Part shown: piece by piece, positions 45,831 to 58,300 of the stretch
Layout of the letters: every line of letters starts with the position of its first letter
Numbering within the stretch: position 1 is the first letter of the stretch
Assembly (NCBI GenBank): GCA_016217965.1
Contig: JACRFI010000016.1
Coordinates: forward strand, 129,837 to 193,836
Length of the DNA: 64,000 bases
Origin: Candidatus Kaiserbacteria bacterium
GTDB lineage: Bacteria; Patescibacteriota; Minisyncoccia; Phycocordibacterales; UBA2100
Reading direction: 5' to 3'
Notes under the pieces: generated by a model
Told to the model about the DNA's origin: nothing
Databases searched by the model: none
What the model saw: only the letters and a program-made list of their open reading frames with translations
Made by a program: the position numbers and the translations under genes

Positions 45831-47076
45831 GGTAAAAATTGTCGGCTTGTTTCTACTCCTCGCGCTTGTTCCGTATGTCGTTATTGCCTTGTTTCTCTAC
45901 ATAGACGTGAGGCAGAGCGCGGAGAAAGACGCGATGCAAGAAACGGCGGTACTCGCAACGATCCAGAAGAACCGGATGCAGGAACTATTGTCTAAATACA
46001 CGCTACAACTCGATCAGTTCACGACTCGGCTCCAGCTTCGTCAGTCTCTCAAAGCGTACGTTGCAAGCGGGGACCTTGCGTCACTTGCAACGATTGCACG
46101 CATCATTGATGAAGCGAAAAAAGGCACGCCAAACATCAAAGACATATACATACTCTCGACGAATGGTGAAGTTCTCGCGTCGACCGAAGAGGGGGCAAGG
46201 GGAATGGATGTTTCGAAAGAGTCCTACTTCCAAAAAGGCCTTGTCACCAATACCGTTTCAACTTTAGTCAAGATGCAGAACATCGTCTATCTCTATCAAG
46301 CGGGTCCGCTCATACTTAACGACGAACAGATCGGCGTCATTGCAATACGTGTTTCGACCGATGATCTTTTTCGCATGTATTCGGATTACAGCGGACTTGG
46401 AGATTCAGGATACTGGATACTCGCAGAGCGACTTCCAAATGGCGACGCTCGTATCATAGTGCCGAGACGATTTGCGACAAGCACAACATCTTCACTCGAA
46501 ACGGTCATCAAACGATCCACACAGTTGCCGATTGCACAGGCGGTCGGGGGCACGGAGATGACTTTTCCCGATGTTGTTGTGGCGCAAGGCAAGCACGCAA
46601 TCGTCTCGACACGGTATGTGCCGGAACTCGGGTGGGGTATCGCAGTCGTTGCAGTGCGCTCCGAAGTGTTGGCACCCTCTCATGCGCTCGCGCTCCAGTT
46701 GCTCTTATTCTCATCGCTTCTTGTTGTTTTTATCGCGTTCCTTAGTGTCGTTGTTTCTCAAGAGATTCTCCGTCCAATTCAGCAACTTTCGGGAGCGGCA
46801 AGGCGCGCTGCGAGCGGCGACTTGTCTAAATTCCTCATGGTACGGTCGCATGACGAACTCGGCATACTCGCATCCACATTTAATACCATGCTCGCAAAGC
46901 TTAAGTCTTCGCACGATGACCTCGAAAAGCGGGTACAGGAGCGCACGAAAGAGGCGCACGATAAACTTTTGGAGGTTGAACGGTTGAACAAAGTGATGGT
47001 CGGGCGTGAGCTACAAATGGTCGAATTGAAGAAAAAGCTAGCCGAAATGGAAAATCCAGAAAACAAACATGATTGA
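45820..47076 (+). CDS. Membrane sensor protein with a periplasmic domain, a HAMP domain and a C-terminal coiled coil (no kinase domain)
   Basis: N-terminal TM; second TM followed by HAMP (ILRPIQQLSGAARRAASGDLSKFLMVRSHDELGILASTFNTMLAKL); then a coiled coil. Confidence 0.55.
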   Translation: MSLKVKIVGLFLLLALVPYVVIALFLYIDVRQSAEKDAMQETAVLATIQKNRMQELLSKYTLQLDQFTTRLQLRQSLKAYVASGDLASLATIARIIDEAKKGTPNIKDIYILSTNGEVLASTEEGARGMDVSKESYFQKGLVTNTVSTLVKMQNIVYLYQAGPLILNDEQIGVIAIRVSTDDLFRMYSDYSGLGDSGYWILAERLPNGDARIIVPRRFATSTTSSLETVIKRSTQLPIAQAVGGTEMTFPDVVVAQGKHAIVSTRYVPELGWGIAVVAVRSEVLAPSHALALQLLLFSSLLVVFIAFLSVVVSQEILRPIQQLSGAARRAASGDLSKFLMVRSHDELGILASTFNTMLAKLKSSHDDLEKRVQERTKEAHDKLLEVERLNKVMVGRELQMVELKKKLAEMENPENKHD

Positions 47077-48367
47077 TTTTCTTACCTACGTCTTTTCGCC
47101 GGGTAATTTCGAGCCCCACGGTGCACACTTTGGAAATGTGCCCGAATTACAGTGGGTCCTTGTTGGGGCAAATACGCTCACATTCATTTCTTACACGCTC
47201 ATTCCAATAGCTCTCATCTATTTCGTGAGAAAACGAAGAGATCTAGTATTTGGCAAGGTGTTCGTGCTCTTCGGCGCGTTTATTGTCCTCTGCGGCCTGC
47301 ATCATATGGTACACGTTATTTCGTTTTGGTACCCATTGTTTGGTCTACAGGCGCTCATCGACGCACTGATGGCGGTTGTATCCTTTTTCACCGTGTTCGC
47401 TCTCGTGCGAATAATCCCGGCAGCTCTCCAGATACCGAGCAAAACGAGACTGGAAAAAGTCATTGGTGATCTGGAAGGGGAGATAGAAAGGCGAGCGGAA
47501 GCGGAAAAAGAAGCTGTCCTGAGACGCGAAGAGCTTTCAGTAAAGACCGTCGAGCTGACGAGGCAGCTCGATGCGCTTGAGGACACAAAAAAGGCGATGT
47601 TGAATGTTCTCGAAGACCTTGAGGAAGAGAAAAAGAAAGCTGCTGTCGTTGACAAGGCAAAGACCGAATTCGTCTCGCTAGCGTCACACCAGCTTCGCAC
47701 GCCTCTCTCTACCGTGAAGTGGTACGCGGACATGCTCATTGCGGAAGATGTCGGAACATTGAATGGAAAGCAAAAAGAATATCTAGACAAGGTGTATAAC
47801 GGAAATCAGCGGATGGTAAATCTTGTGAACGACCTTCTTAATGTCTCTCGCATAGACCTGGGAACACTTCCCATAGAAAGAAAGGCAACTGATATCGCCA
47901 TGCTCATTCAAAGTGTCATTGACGAGCAACTTGAGATACGGAAGAAAAAGTTGCATCTAGAGACGAAATTTGACGAATCCCTCGGAAAAGCGCTCGTTGA
48001 TCCAAAATTGTTGCGAATGGTCGTGCAGAATTTAGTATCCAATGCCACCCAGTATACAGATGAGGGCGGCTCAATCAGAATTTCTGTGACGCGGACCGAT
48101 CAACAGGGAAGGGCATCCGAAGCGTCGGGAGAATGGTTCACCTTTGAAATCTCCGATACAGGGTATGGCATTCCTCGCAGCCAATTCGGTAAGATATTTA
48201 CGAAACTTTTCCGGGCGGATAATGTGCGAGAGAGGAATACAGAGGGTACAGGACTTGGTCTCTACATCGTAAAATCAATAGTTGACGCGTGCGGCGGAAA
48301 GGTGGGGTTTGAATCAGTTGAAGGCGAGGGTACTCGATTTTTTGTCACATTGCCAATGCATTCCTAG
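47069..48367 (+). CDS. Sensor histidine kinase
   Basis: Multi-TM N-terminus; coiled coil; HisKA H-box SLASHQLRTPL; HATPase_c G-boxes (DTGYGIP, GTGLGLYIVK). Confidence 0.8.
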   Translation: MIDFLTYVFSPGNFEPHGAHFGNVPELQWVLVGANTLTFISYTLIPIALIYFVRKRRDLVFGKVFVLFGAFIVLCGLHHMVHVISFWYPLFGLQALIDALMAVVSFFTVFALVRIIPAALQIPSKTRLEKVIGDLEGEIERRAEAEKEAVLRREELSVKTVELTRQLDALEDTKKAMLNVLEDLEEEKKKAAVVDKAKTEFVSLASHQLRTPLSTVKWYADMLIAEDVGTLNGKQKEYLDKVYNGNQRMVNLVNDLLNVSRIDLGTLPIERKATDIAMLIQSVIDEQLEIRKKKLHLETKFDESLGKALVDPKLLRMVVQNLVSNATQYTDEGGSIRISVTRTDQQGRASEASGEWFTFEISDTGYGIPRSQFGKIFTKLFRADNVRERNTEGTGLGLYIVKSIVDACGGKVGFESVEGEGTRFFVTLPMHS

Positions 48368-48369
48368 CC

Positions 48370-48912
48370 ATGACCTCTCTGAAAAAGACAATTCTTATTG
48401 CAGAAGATGATGCGCTGCTTAGAAATGCGCTCGTCGATAAACTGGCTCGTGAGGGTTTTAACGCCTTAGAGGCAAGGACTGGAGCGCAGTGCCTCCGTCT
48501 CGCATTTCAGCATCATCCCGAACTCATCATCCTCGACATCATGATGCCGGGATTGGACGGGCGCGAGGTTCTCAAAAAATTACGCATCGATCCGTGGGGG
48601 GCACATGCACGCATTCTAGTACTTACGAATTTAGGTTCAGGCGAAATCGGCATCGATGTAAACGATGTAGACGGCCATTTAGTAAAATCGGATACTCGAA
48701 TTGGCGACGTGATAAAGAAAGCAAATGCCTTGTTGTCTGTTGGCGATGGGCATCTGCAAAGCGCGAGCGAGTCGGAACTTCCTGAATTCCGCTGTGTCTG
48801 CGGGAAGCTGCTTTTCAAAGGGACGCTCCATTTTTCTACTATAGAAGTTAAGTGCAAAAGGTGTGGTGAAATAACTCGTATAGACGCAAGTGACCGTAAA
48901 TTTCTTGGTTGA
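48370..48912 (+). CDS. Response regulator receiver fused to a C-terminal zinc-ribbon (Com-like) domain
   Basis: REC domain (ILIAEDD, D in LIILDIMMP); C-terminal CVCGKLL...KCKRCG four-Cys ribbon. Confidence 0.65.
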   Translation: MTSLKKTILIAEDDALLRNALVDKLAREGFNALEARTGAQCLRLAFQHHPELIILDIMMPGLDGREVLKKLRIDPWGAHARILVLTNLGSGEIGIDVNDVDGHLVKSDTRIGDVIKKANALLSVGDGHLQSASESELPEFRCVCGKLLFKGTLHFSTIEVKCKRCGEITRIDASDRKFLG

Positions 48913-49317
48913 CCTGTGGATATCTTTGTGCTCCGTGAGCTGGGAAAGTGGCATGCTTCGTGTCGCAGGGTTCCTCATATACAGTTCGATCTCCCGCGTA
49001 CGGGTCGCGTGAAGCGACTCAGGGAACCACTACGGACTCGCCCTAATGCTGAAATAGGCTTTAAAAGCATATCTCGGACAGCCGAGATGTCGGAAAATCG
49101 CGTCGAGTTTGGCGACTGTGGTGGAAAAAAATCTCGGAAATCCACGGTCTTTTGCAAGTGCAACCGCGCAATGTATCCAGAGAAATGGGTGTTATCTCAA
49201 GATTCGAGCGACAGACCGGACTATCTGTATTCAACTGTCACACTGATATAATTTAGGGGTCAGAGGGGCACTTTCGGCCTCCGATCACCACAGAGTGACG
49301 CTGACGGACATTTCTCT

Positions 49318-52300
49318 GTGGGAAATCTACGTTTGCACGAACTTGCGGCTGCTGTGCTTATAGTCGGCACACTGGTAGCGTCCATACCGATCGGCGGTTT
49401 CTTTCGTGCGCTATCGGCAGAAGCGGCGTCTCTCCCGACTATCATTTCATACCAGGGGCGTCTGACGGATTCATCTGGAAACTTGCTGGGAGGATCAGGC
49501 ACGACATACTATTTGAAATTCTCGATTTGGGATTCGGCGACAGTCGGAAGCGGCACTCGCGTGTGGCCCACGTCCGCTCCCACGGCGACAACGGCAAACG
49601 TGCGGCAGGGAGTTTTTACAGTGAATATAGGCGATACCGCAAACGGATATCCGGACGCACTAAATTATTTGTTCGATTCCACCAGCGTGTATTTACAAGT
49701 CGAAGTGTCATCCAGTGGTTCATCGTACGAGACTCTTTCGCCTCGCCAACAGATTTCTTCCAGTGTATTTTCGCAAGTATCGGGGGCTACGAGAGGCGTA
49801 GGGCAGTCAGCGATTGGCACGACAACGCCGCATGCGACATCCGTTTTAACTGTTGAAGCGACCACATCGGCAACAACAGCGCTTACTGTTCGCGCCGCAC
49901 CGTCCCAATCCGCGAATTTAATTGATATCTTGAATGCCGCAGGCACTTCGCTTCTTTCTATCGATGCCGTCGGCAACATGACCGCGCTCGCACGAGCGCT
50001 TTTTGGATATGCTTCCTCGACAGCTTTTTCCGCTCTCGATGGTTTGTACGTCGGTCGTACATCGACAACGACAATTCTTAGCAATGCCACGTCAACGTTC
50101 GGCGCAGGTATTTCTGCGACTGCTCTAAACATTACTTCTTCATCAGCCTCATCAACTTTTGCAAACGGGATCAATCTGACGAATGGTTGTTTTTCGATCA
50201 ACGGGACATGCGTAGCTGGGGCTGGTAGTAACGTGTGGGGCGCGATCACTGGCACACTTGCCAATCAAACTGATCTCCAGAGTGCGCTCGATGCGAAACT
50301 TGCACTCACTGCATGGTACTCAACGACAACGACTGCACTAGCAGAGGGATTGAACCAATATTTCACAAATGCGCGAGCGGACGCGCGCATCAATGCAACT
50401 TCCACCGTCGGGACACTAACAAGTGCTCCGAATCTGAACACAGTCTCCACGTCTCTCACCGGATTTGTAAAAGCGACAGCAGGCGTGCTTGCAACATCTC
50501 TCATTAATCTCGCCAGTGATGTGACAGGTGTGCTTTCCGTTTCAAACGGAGGAAGCGGATGGGCTTCCGTTGCAACAGGGGCTGTGTTGTATGGAAACGG
50601 GTCGAGCGCTCTTGCGACCACTACAAGCGGCTCAAACGGCCAAGTGCTCGCGCTCGTATCCGGAGTGCCGGCGTGGGTATCTACGACAACACTTTCAACT
50701 ATAGCGGGGACGCTCGGTATCGGGAGCGGCGGCACAGGGCTTTCCTCAACACCGACGTATGGGCAAGTGTTAATCGGGAATGCCTCAAGCGGGTACACCC
50801 TTTCGGGAACATCCACACTTGGAGTAGCGATAGGGGACACGACCGGAACACTCGCTGTGAACCGCGGAGGCACCGGAGTGACGAGTATTTTGGATTTCTT
50901 AACCCTCGGAACACATACGACAGGCAACTATATCGCAACGCTTGCGGATGGCGGGAATGGCTCTCTCACTATCTCCAACTCTGGCAGCGAGAATGCGGCC
51001 GTGATCGCCGCGCTCAACCTCGGTAATGCGAACACATGGACTGGCAAGCAGGACTTCTACGGCGCCGCTTCTTCAACGCTTCTTTCCTCTAATAAACTCT
51101 ATGTGGGCGACACGGCAACAACCACCATTCTTGGTTCTGCAACTTCGACCTTCGGTGCTGGTGTACAGATGACAGCGCTTAATGTGACATCTTCTTCCGC
51201 TTCTTCCACATTTGCGAACGGAATACTTCTTGCGAGCGGCTGCTTTAGAATGCCGGACGGGACATGTCTTTCGAGCAGTGGAGGATTGGGGCTCACGACA
51301 CTGAACGGACTGATAGCGGCGGTGCAAACATTTGCGGCAGGCTCATCAGGGACCGATTTCAATATCGATTCCAGCGTCGCCACACATACGTTCAATATCC
51401 CGTCATCGTCGGGATCGAACCGCGGGCTTCTCACAGCGGCAGATTGGACGACGTTCAACAGCAAAGCTGGGTCCGCATCGCCGACATTCACGGGGCTCGT
51501 CACGTTGCCGAACGCATCTTCGACCATGCTTTCCGTATTAGATGCGATCTTTGTGGGAGGTACGGCGACAACCACGATCCGCGGCGATGGTGTCGCTTCA
51601 TCGATTCCATACGCATCTACGACTGCTATCACTGCAACGACCGCAAGCACGACAAATCTTGTAGCCTCTAATTCCTTTACGCTTGGCAGCGTGACCGGAT
51701 TTTTGAAAGCAACAGCGGGCGCCGTTGCAACGTCTCTTATAAATCTTGCATCTGATGTGACCGGCATTCTCCCCGTGACAAACGGAGGCACAGGGTGGGG
51801 AAATCTCGCATCGGGAGCCATCCTTCTTGGAAACGGAACGAGCGCCGTCGCAACAACATCTGCTGGGACGAACGGACAAGTGCTCGCGCTCGTATCCGGG
51901 GTGCCCGCGTGGGTGTCGACTACAACACTTGCAAACATTTCAGGGACGCTTGGCGTCGCCAGTGGGGGAACGGGCGCTCTCACATTCGGGCAGGGCTGGT
52001 TGTATTCTTCGGGAGGAACCGGTGCTCTCGCGGCCTCTACATCTCCGACGATAAACTATCTCGTCGCGACTTCGACCACCGCAACGTCAACATTTGCAGC
52101 GGGAATCTCTACGACCCGCTTACAAACGAGCGCAACATCAACGCTCGCCGATGTGGTCTCTCAATCAATACTTCCTGCGGCGGATGCAGCGTATGATCTT
52201 GGTTCTGCGACGAATCGCTTTCGCGATCTATATCTTTCTACTGCGTCGTTGCATCTTGAATCAACGGTCGGAGAAACGGGAAATGCAAAGCAATGGAAAT

Positions 52301-55300
52301 TCGGCATCGACACAGGAAACGGAACGCAGTCGGGAACCACGACCGGTTTCTTTCGTATTCAAGAAGGGAACTCGGAAATGCTCTACATCAATCACGCGGG
52401 TCAAGTCGGCATTGGCATCAGCAATCCAAGCTCGCGCTTGCAGGTAAAAGGTAACCCGTTTCTTTCCGGCTTCTCGAGCGGGACGATCTCAAGCTCTGGG
52501 ACGACAGTTACTGGATCGGGGACCAGTTTCCAATTCGGTTTCAACAAGATCAGTGTCGGCGATCAGATTCTTGCGAATAGCCAGATACGGACAGTGACTG
52601 CGATCAGCAGTAATACGTCGCTTACTATCGACTCAGCATTTTCTCCTGCGCTCTCCGGCGAGATATATCAGACGCAGCAACCGATCGCGCGATTTGATTC
52701 GAGCGCAGGCGATACGAAATTCATCGTTGGTCCTGGGGGAAACATCGGCATCGGAGATTTGAATCCGATAGGCCTTCTCTCGGTTGGCTCCGGGGACAAA
52801 TTCTACATTGATGCACTTGGAACAGTCGCAAGCGGAACTTGGAATGGTAAACCGGTAGGAGCGCTTTACGGTGGTACCGGTTTGGGAGCTACTCCCACAT
52901 ATGGCCAGGTGCTGGTGGGAAATTCTGGAGGAGGGTACGCGCTTGTCGCAACTTCCACACTCGGGCTCGGTGGCAGCGGAGGCACGGTAAGTTCGGTACA
53001 AGCTTCCGGCGGAACGACAGGACTCTCTTTTAGCGGTGGCCCTGTGACGACGTCAGGTACGTTCACATTAGGAGGAATCTTGAATGTCTCGAACGGGGGC
53101 ACTGGATGGTCGGATCTTGCAAGCGGCGCGGTCCTGTATGGGAATGGCACAGCGGGAGTGGCGACAACATCTGCGGGAGCGGGAGGCAGTGTCTTGGCGC
53201 TTTTGAACGGTGTTCCGACATGGACCGCGACCACAACACTCTCGACGATTTCGGGGACACTTGGCGTAGCAAAAGGCGGAACGGGTGTCACTTCCGCCCC
53301 GACATACGGGCAGCTTCTCATCGGAAATGCATCGAACGGGTACTCGCTTCTCGCGACTTCAACGCTTGGTATTCTCACGACAAATATAGAAGAAGGATCG
53401 AATCAATACTTCACAAACGCTCGCGCCGACGCGCGCATCAACGCAACCTCGACCATAGGCACGCTCACGTCCGCGCCGAATCTTGGTACTATCGCTACCT
53501 CTCTCACCGGTTTTGTGAAGGCAACGGCAGGATCGCTTGCCACGTCGCTTATAAATCTTGCATCTGATGTGACCGGCATTCTCCCCGTGACCAACGGAGG
53601 CACAGGGTGGGGAAATCTCGCATCGGGGGTCATCCTTCTTGGAAACGGCACAGGCGCCGTTGCAACAACATCTGCCGGGACGAACGGACAGGTGCTTGCG
53701 CTCGTGAACGGCACACCATCGTGGGTCGCCACCACAACACTTGCAAACATTTCAGGGACGCTTGGAGTTTCAAGCGGAGGCACTGGCGCGACGACGCTCA
53801 GTGATCTGATTACGCTCGGCACGCATTCGGCCGGCAACTATCTTGCGACGCTATCTTCATCGGGCTCAATAACAGTCGGCGGTTCCGGTTCCGAGAATGC
53901 AGCTGCTTCAGTGAATATTAACCTTGGGAACGCAAACTCATGGACAGCGCTCCAGCAATTTACGAACGCATCGACATCGCTTGTTTCTGCATCTGATGCA
54001 CTCTACGTGGGTCGCACAGCGACGACGACCATCAGGGGAGAGGCGAGTGCGACATCCACGTTTGCCGGAGGAGTCGACATCACGAAAGGCGTAAATCTAA
54101 ATTCGGGGTATATCTTTGGCGCCGGGCTCTCGTCGTGTTCCGGTTCGAGCGACAAATTGGTTTGGAACGCGGCCACAGGACAATTCGGATGCGGAGCGGA
54201 CGCCGGTGCGGGCGGTGGCATTACCGGCCTGAAGGGCCAGTATTCGAGTACGCAAACAGGATCGACACAAACATTTGCGACATCGAGCGATGCGAACGTG
54301 CAATTAACAATCACGTCGTCAGGAGATACGCATACATTTACTCCTATTTGGAATGGCTCGTTGTCTGTCGCACGCGGCGGAACCGGCTCCACAACACTGA
54401 CTGGCATTTTGAAAGGCAACGGCACTGGGCAGGTTCAATCCGCCATCGCCGGCACTGATTATGTCTCCAGCGTAACCGGCGACTGGACAGGCACATTCGA
54501 CGGACAAGAGGGGACATACTACACAAACGCAACTAATCTCACGAACTTTGGGGTACCGTTTTACAACTTCTTCTCAGCAACTACGACTGATGCACTTGCG
54601 CAAGGTTCGACGAACAAATACTACTCAGATGCATTCGTAAATTCGTATATCCATTCTTCAACAACAATTCCGAAAACATACACGGCCAACACGTTCACAA
54701 ATACCAACACATTCAATGGATCGACGAACCTTTCAAATGCATCAAGCACGAACATGACCATCGCGACTCTTGCCTCTACGTCGCAACTCGTTGCCTCAAA
54801 TAGCTTCACCTTCTCGAACGTCACCGGCTTTTTGAAAGCAACCGCAGGTACCGTCGCAACCGCAGCGATCGACCTTGCGAACGATGTTACCGGTATCCTC
54901 GGCGTGAATCGCGGAGGAACCGGCTGGAGTAATATTGCAAGCGGTGCCATTGTGCTCGGAAATGGAACAGGAGCTCTTGCAACCACAAGTGTCGGTATTA
55001 ACGGCCAGGTTCTCGCGCTCGTGAACGGCACGCCATCATGGGTCGCGACAACTACTGCAGGAACCGGTCTCTCATACAACGGCTCGGCATTCAGCGTAAA
55101 CACGTCGCAAAATATCGCAACGATCTCGAACCTTACATCAAATGGATTCGTCAGAACATCGGGCGGCAACGGCGCGCTCTCAATAGACACTGCAACATAT
55201 CTGACCGACATAACCGGATCTTCGATCGAAGCCTTGAACGACGTCGCAGCGATGACAGAAAACTTTGGAGATCTTCTCCATTGGAACGGATCAACATGGA

Positions 55301-58300
55301 CGGATCTTGCCACTTCTTCGCTTGCAATTAATTTCTCGAATCTTGTTGTCGACGCACAAGACATTGATGGCGAATTGATCGCGGACGATACAATCGACGA
55401 TGACTCGATTGATTTTGCCGACATCACTCTTTCTGATTTTACAAACGATGCGAACTTCGCTTCATTCGCCTACCCATTTCCCGCAAATGCAACCACCACT
55501 CTCCTCTCTCTCAGTGGTGGATTTACTGCAACGAATGCAACAACAAGTAATTCTTTTGGAGGACGCGTCACTGCAAACACGTTCTCCTCGGGGCAAAGCG
55601 CGTCCACGACAATTGACTCATCTGGCAACACCGTCGTTGGCGGCACGCTTCTAGTAACGGGGCAAACCACTCTTGCAACATCGCTCAGCGGTTTTCTTAA
55701 AGCCACCGCGGGCGTCGTAGCGACGTCGCTTATCGATCTTGCGAATGACGTTACGGGAATATTAGGCGTGAACAGAGGCGGTACCGGATGGGGGAATCTT
55801 GCCTCTGGTGCGATCCTCCTCGGTAATGGCACCGGTGCCGTTGCGACAACATCAGTGGGAACGAACGGACAAGTACTTGCACTTTCGGGAGGGGTGCCAA
55901 CGTGGATCGCGACAACAACGGCAGGAACAGGACTCACATACACTGGAAGCGCGTTCAACGTCGATCTGGGCACGAGCATTGCCGCAAACGAACTCGCATC
56001 AGCAGACTTCGGCGATTGGACCTGCAATGGCACGTCGTGCTCGCTCGATTCGGATACTGTCGCGGACTCTGAGATAGATTACACGAATGTGACGCTTAAT
56101 GATTTTACCAACGACGCAAACTTCATAACCACTTCCGGAGCTAACACGTTCACATCACTCCAACAATTCCAAGGCAATGCATCGACGACAAAACTCTCTG
56201 TCTACTCCAATGCATACTTTGGCGCAACCGCGACCTCATCTTTCTCTTCAACTGGTGTCCTCACTCTCGCGACTGACCTCGCCGTTTCTGAAGGTGGTAC
56301 GGGAGCATCAACGCTTACAGGTCTTCTCCAGGGAAACGGTACGGGTGCGTTCACCGCCGTTTCGGATTCATCTACTGTCGGACAAGTGCTCCGCACGACC
56401 GGAGCGTCCACATACGCCTGGGGGGCACTCGACCTATCGGATACGGATGCGGTCACGGGCACACTCCCAATCGCTCGTGGTGGTACAAACCAATCGACTT
56501 TTGCCGCGAATGCACTCCTCTATTTCGACGGCACCTCGATCACTGCTACCTCAACGAGACCTCTCTATGTCGGCGCTATCAATGCCACCACAACCGCAAC
56601 CTCCACATTCCAAGGGGGAGTGTCAGTTCTCAACTTCGCGCAGACGGGCACAGCATCCTCGACGTTTTCAAATGGCATACAACTCGCTGCGGGATGCTTC
56701 CGAATGCCTGATGGAACGTGTGTGGGATCAGGGGGAGCGGGAAGCACAGCGTGGGACACGATCGGAAATCCGACACTGGATGGAGATATCGCGTTTGGCG
56801 GAACATCTCAAAATATCGACGCGAATACGAATGATGTGACTGCACTCGCCCAGGACGCTCTTACCTTGACGATGACGAATGACGCGGCAACTGACATTCT
56901 CAGTCAACGCCTATTTGTTCTTGAAAATATTGCGAGCGCGAATGGTATGGAAAATTTTATCGTTATCGATAACCAAGACACCGATGATGCTGTTGTGACA
57001 GGTATTGACTTTGTCTCGGCTGCTGGAGGCATCACGACTGCCATAGATCTCGATAGCGCGAATATCGGGACGGGTATTTCGCTGGGAGCAAATGACATCG
57101 TTGGTACAAACGCTGTCATTAACTTCGATGCGTTCGACGTTGACGCATCGGGAAATATTACCGGCATCACGCTTGATACGGGACAGGGAGCGAATGAGCT
57201 CTTTGACATGGACCAAAATGTTCTCACGAGTTCCGCACCGAGTTTCGCTGGTTTGACGCTTACGGGAAATGCGTCATTTCTAAATGCGACATCCACTAAT
57301 CTCTTTTCTGCGCGGCAGACAGCGAGCGTCGCAGCGTTTGGCGCAACCGCGACCTCATCTTTCTCTTCAACTGGTGTCCTCACACTTGCAACTGATCTCT
57401 CGGTAACTGAGGGGGGAACGGGTGCTTCAACACTGACGGGACTCTTGCAAGGAAATGGCACGGGAGCGTTCACGGCGCTATCCGATTCATCTACTGTGGG
57501 GCAAATCTTGCGTGTCACTGGCGCATCGACATATGCATGGGGAGCGCTTGATCTTGCGGATTCCGATGCAATTACTGGTGACCTGCCGTTTACTAATATC
57601 ACTCAAATCGCCGCGAATTCCATCCTTGGGAACATAACCGGTGCGACCGGCGACGTTGCAGCCATCGCCACCTCCTCGCTTTTCACAGGTTCAAATGGTC
57701 AGGCTCTTGCTCGCGCTAATGGAACATGGGTTGGCGTCGCCACAACGACTGCCGGTACTGGGCTCACCTACACTGGAAGCGCATTTAACGTGAACTCGAC
57801 GCAATCGATTTCCGCGCTCTCAAACCTTACTTCGAACGGATTTGTGAAGACATCAGGAGGCAACGGAACACTTTCTGTCGACACAGCGACCTATCTTACT
57901 GCGGCCCTCACTTCGATAGGTCCAACGGGTCAGACATCAAGCGGACCGGCAATTACGTTTGCCACATCAACATCGGCGACGAATGGTCTCACATCTGCGA
58001 TCACGATAGTCGGAAGCGGAGCGACAATGACCTACACCCCGTCACTCTCTGGTACGCTTACTGTCGCAGGAGGGGGAACGGGGGTCGGGACATTTTCATC
58101 TGGGCAACTTCTGTACGGCAATGGCACGAATGCACTCTCGAGTGTTGCGACATCATCGCTGGCGGTGGGGAACGGACTCGCGGTTTCTTCCGGCTCGCTC
58201 GGCTACCAGATCGGCGGATCGAACGTCTCCTTGGGTCTTGCTGCGATCGGAGCGAACACAATTCTGGGAAACGGTACCGGAGCTTCTGCGGTTCCGACTG

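Noticed and set aside
49665-56033. Numerous 60-290-aa ORFs on the minus strand and in alternative frames inside the giant gene (e.g. 49665-50264, 50265-50927, 51099-51983, 54621-55427, 55470-56033)
   Set aside because: They lie wholly within the continuous 14-kb plus-strand ORF. They are mirror-image frames of a GC3-rich repetitive sequence and show low-complexity Pro/Val/Ala-rich translations typical of shadow ORFs.
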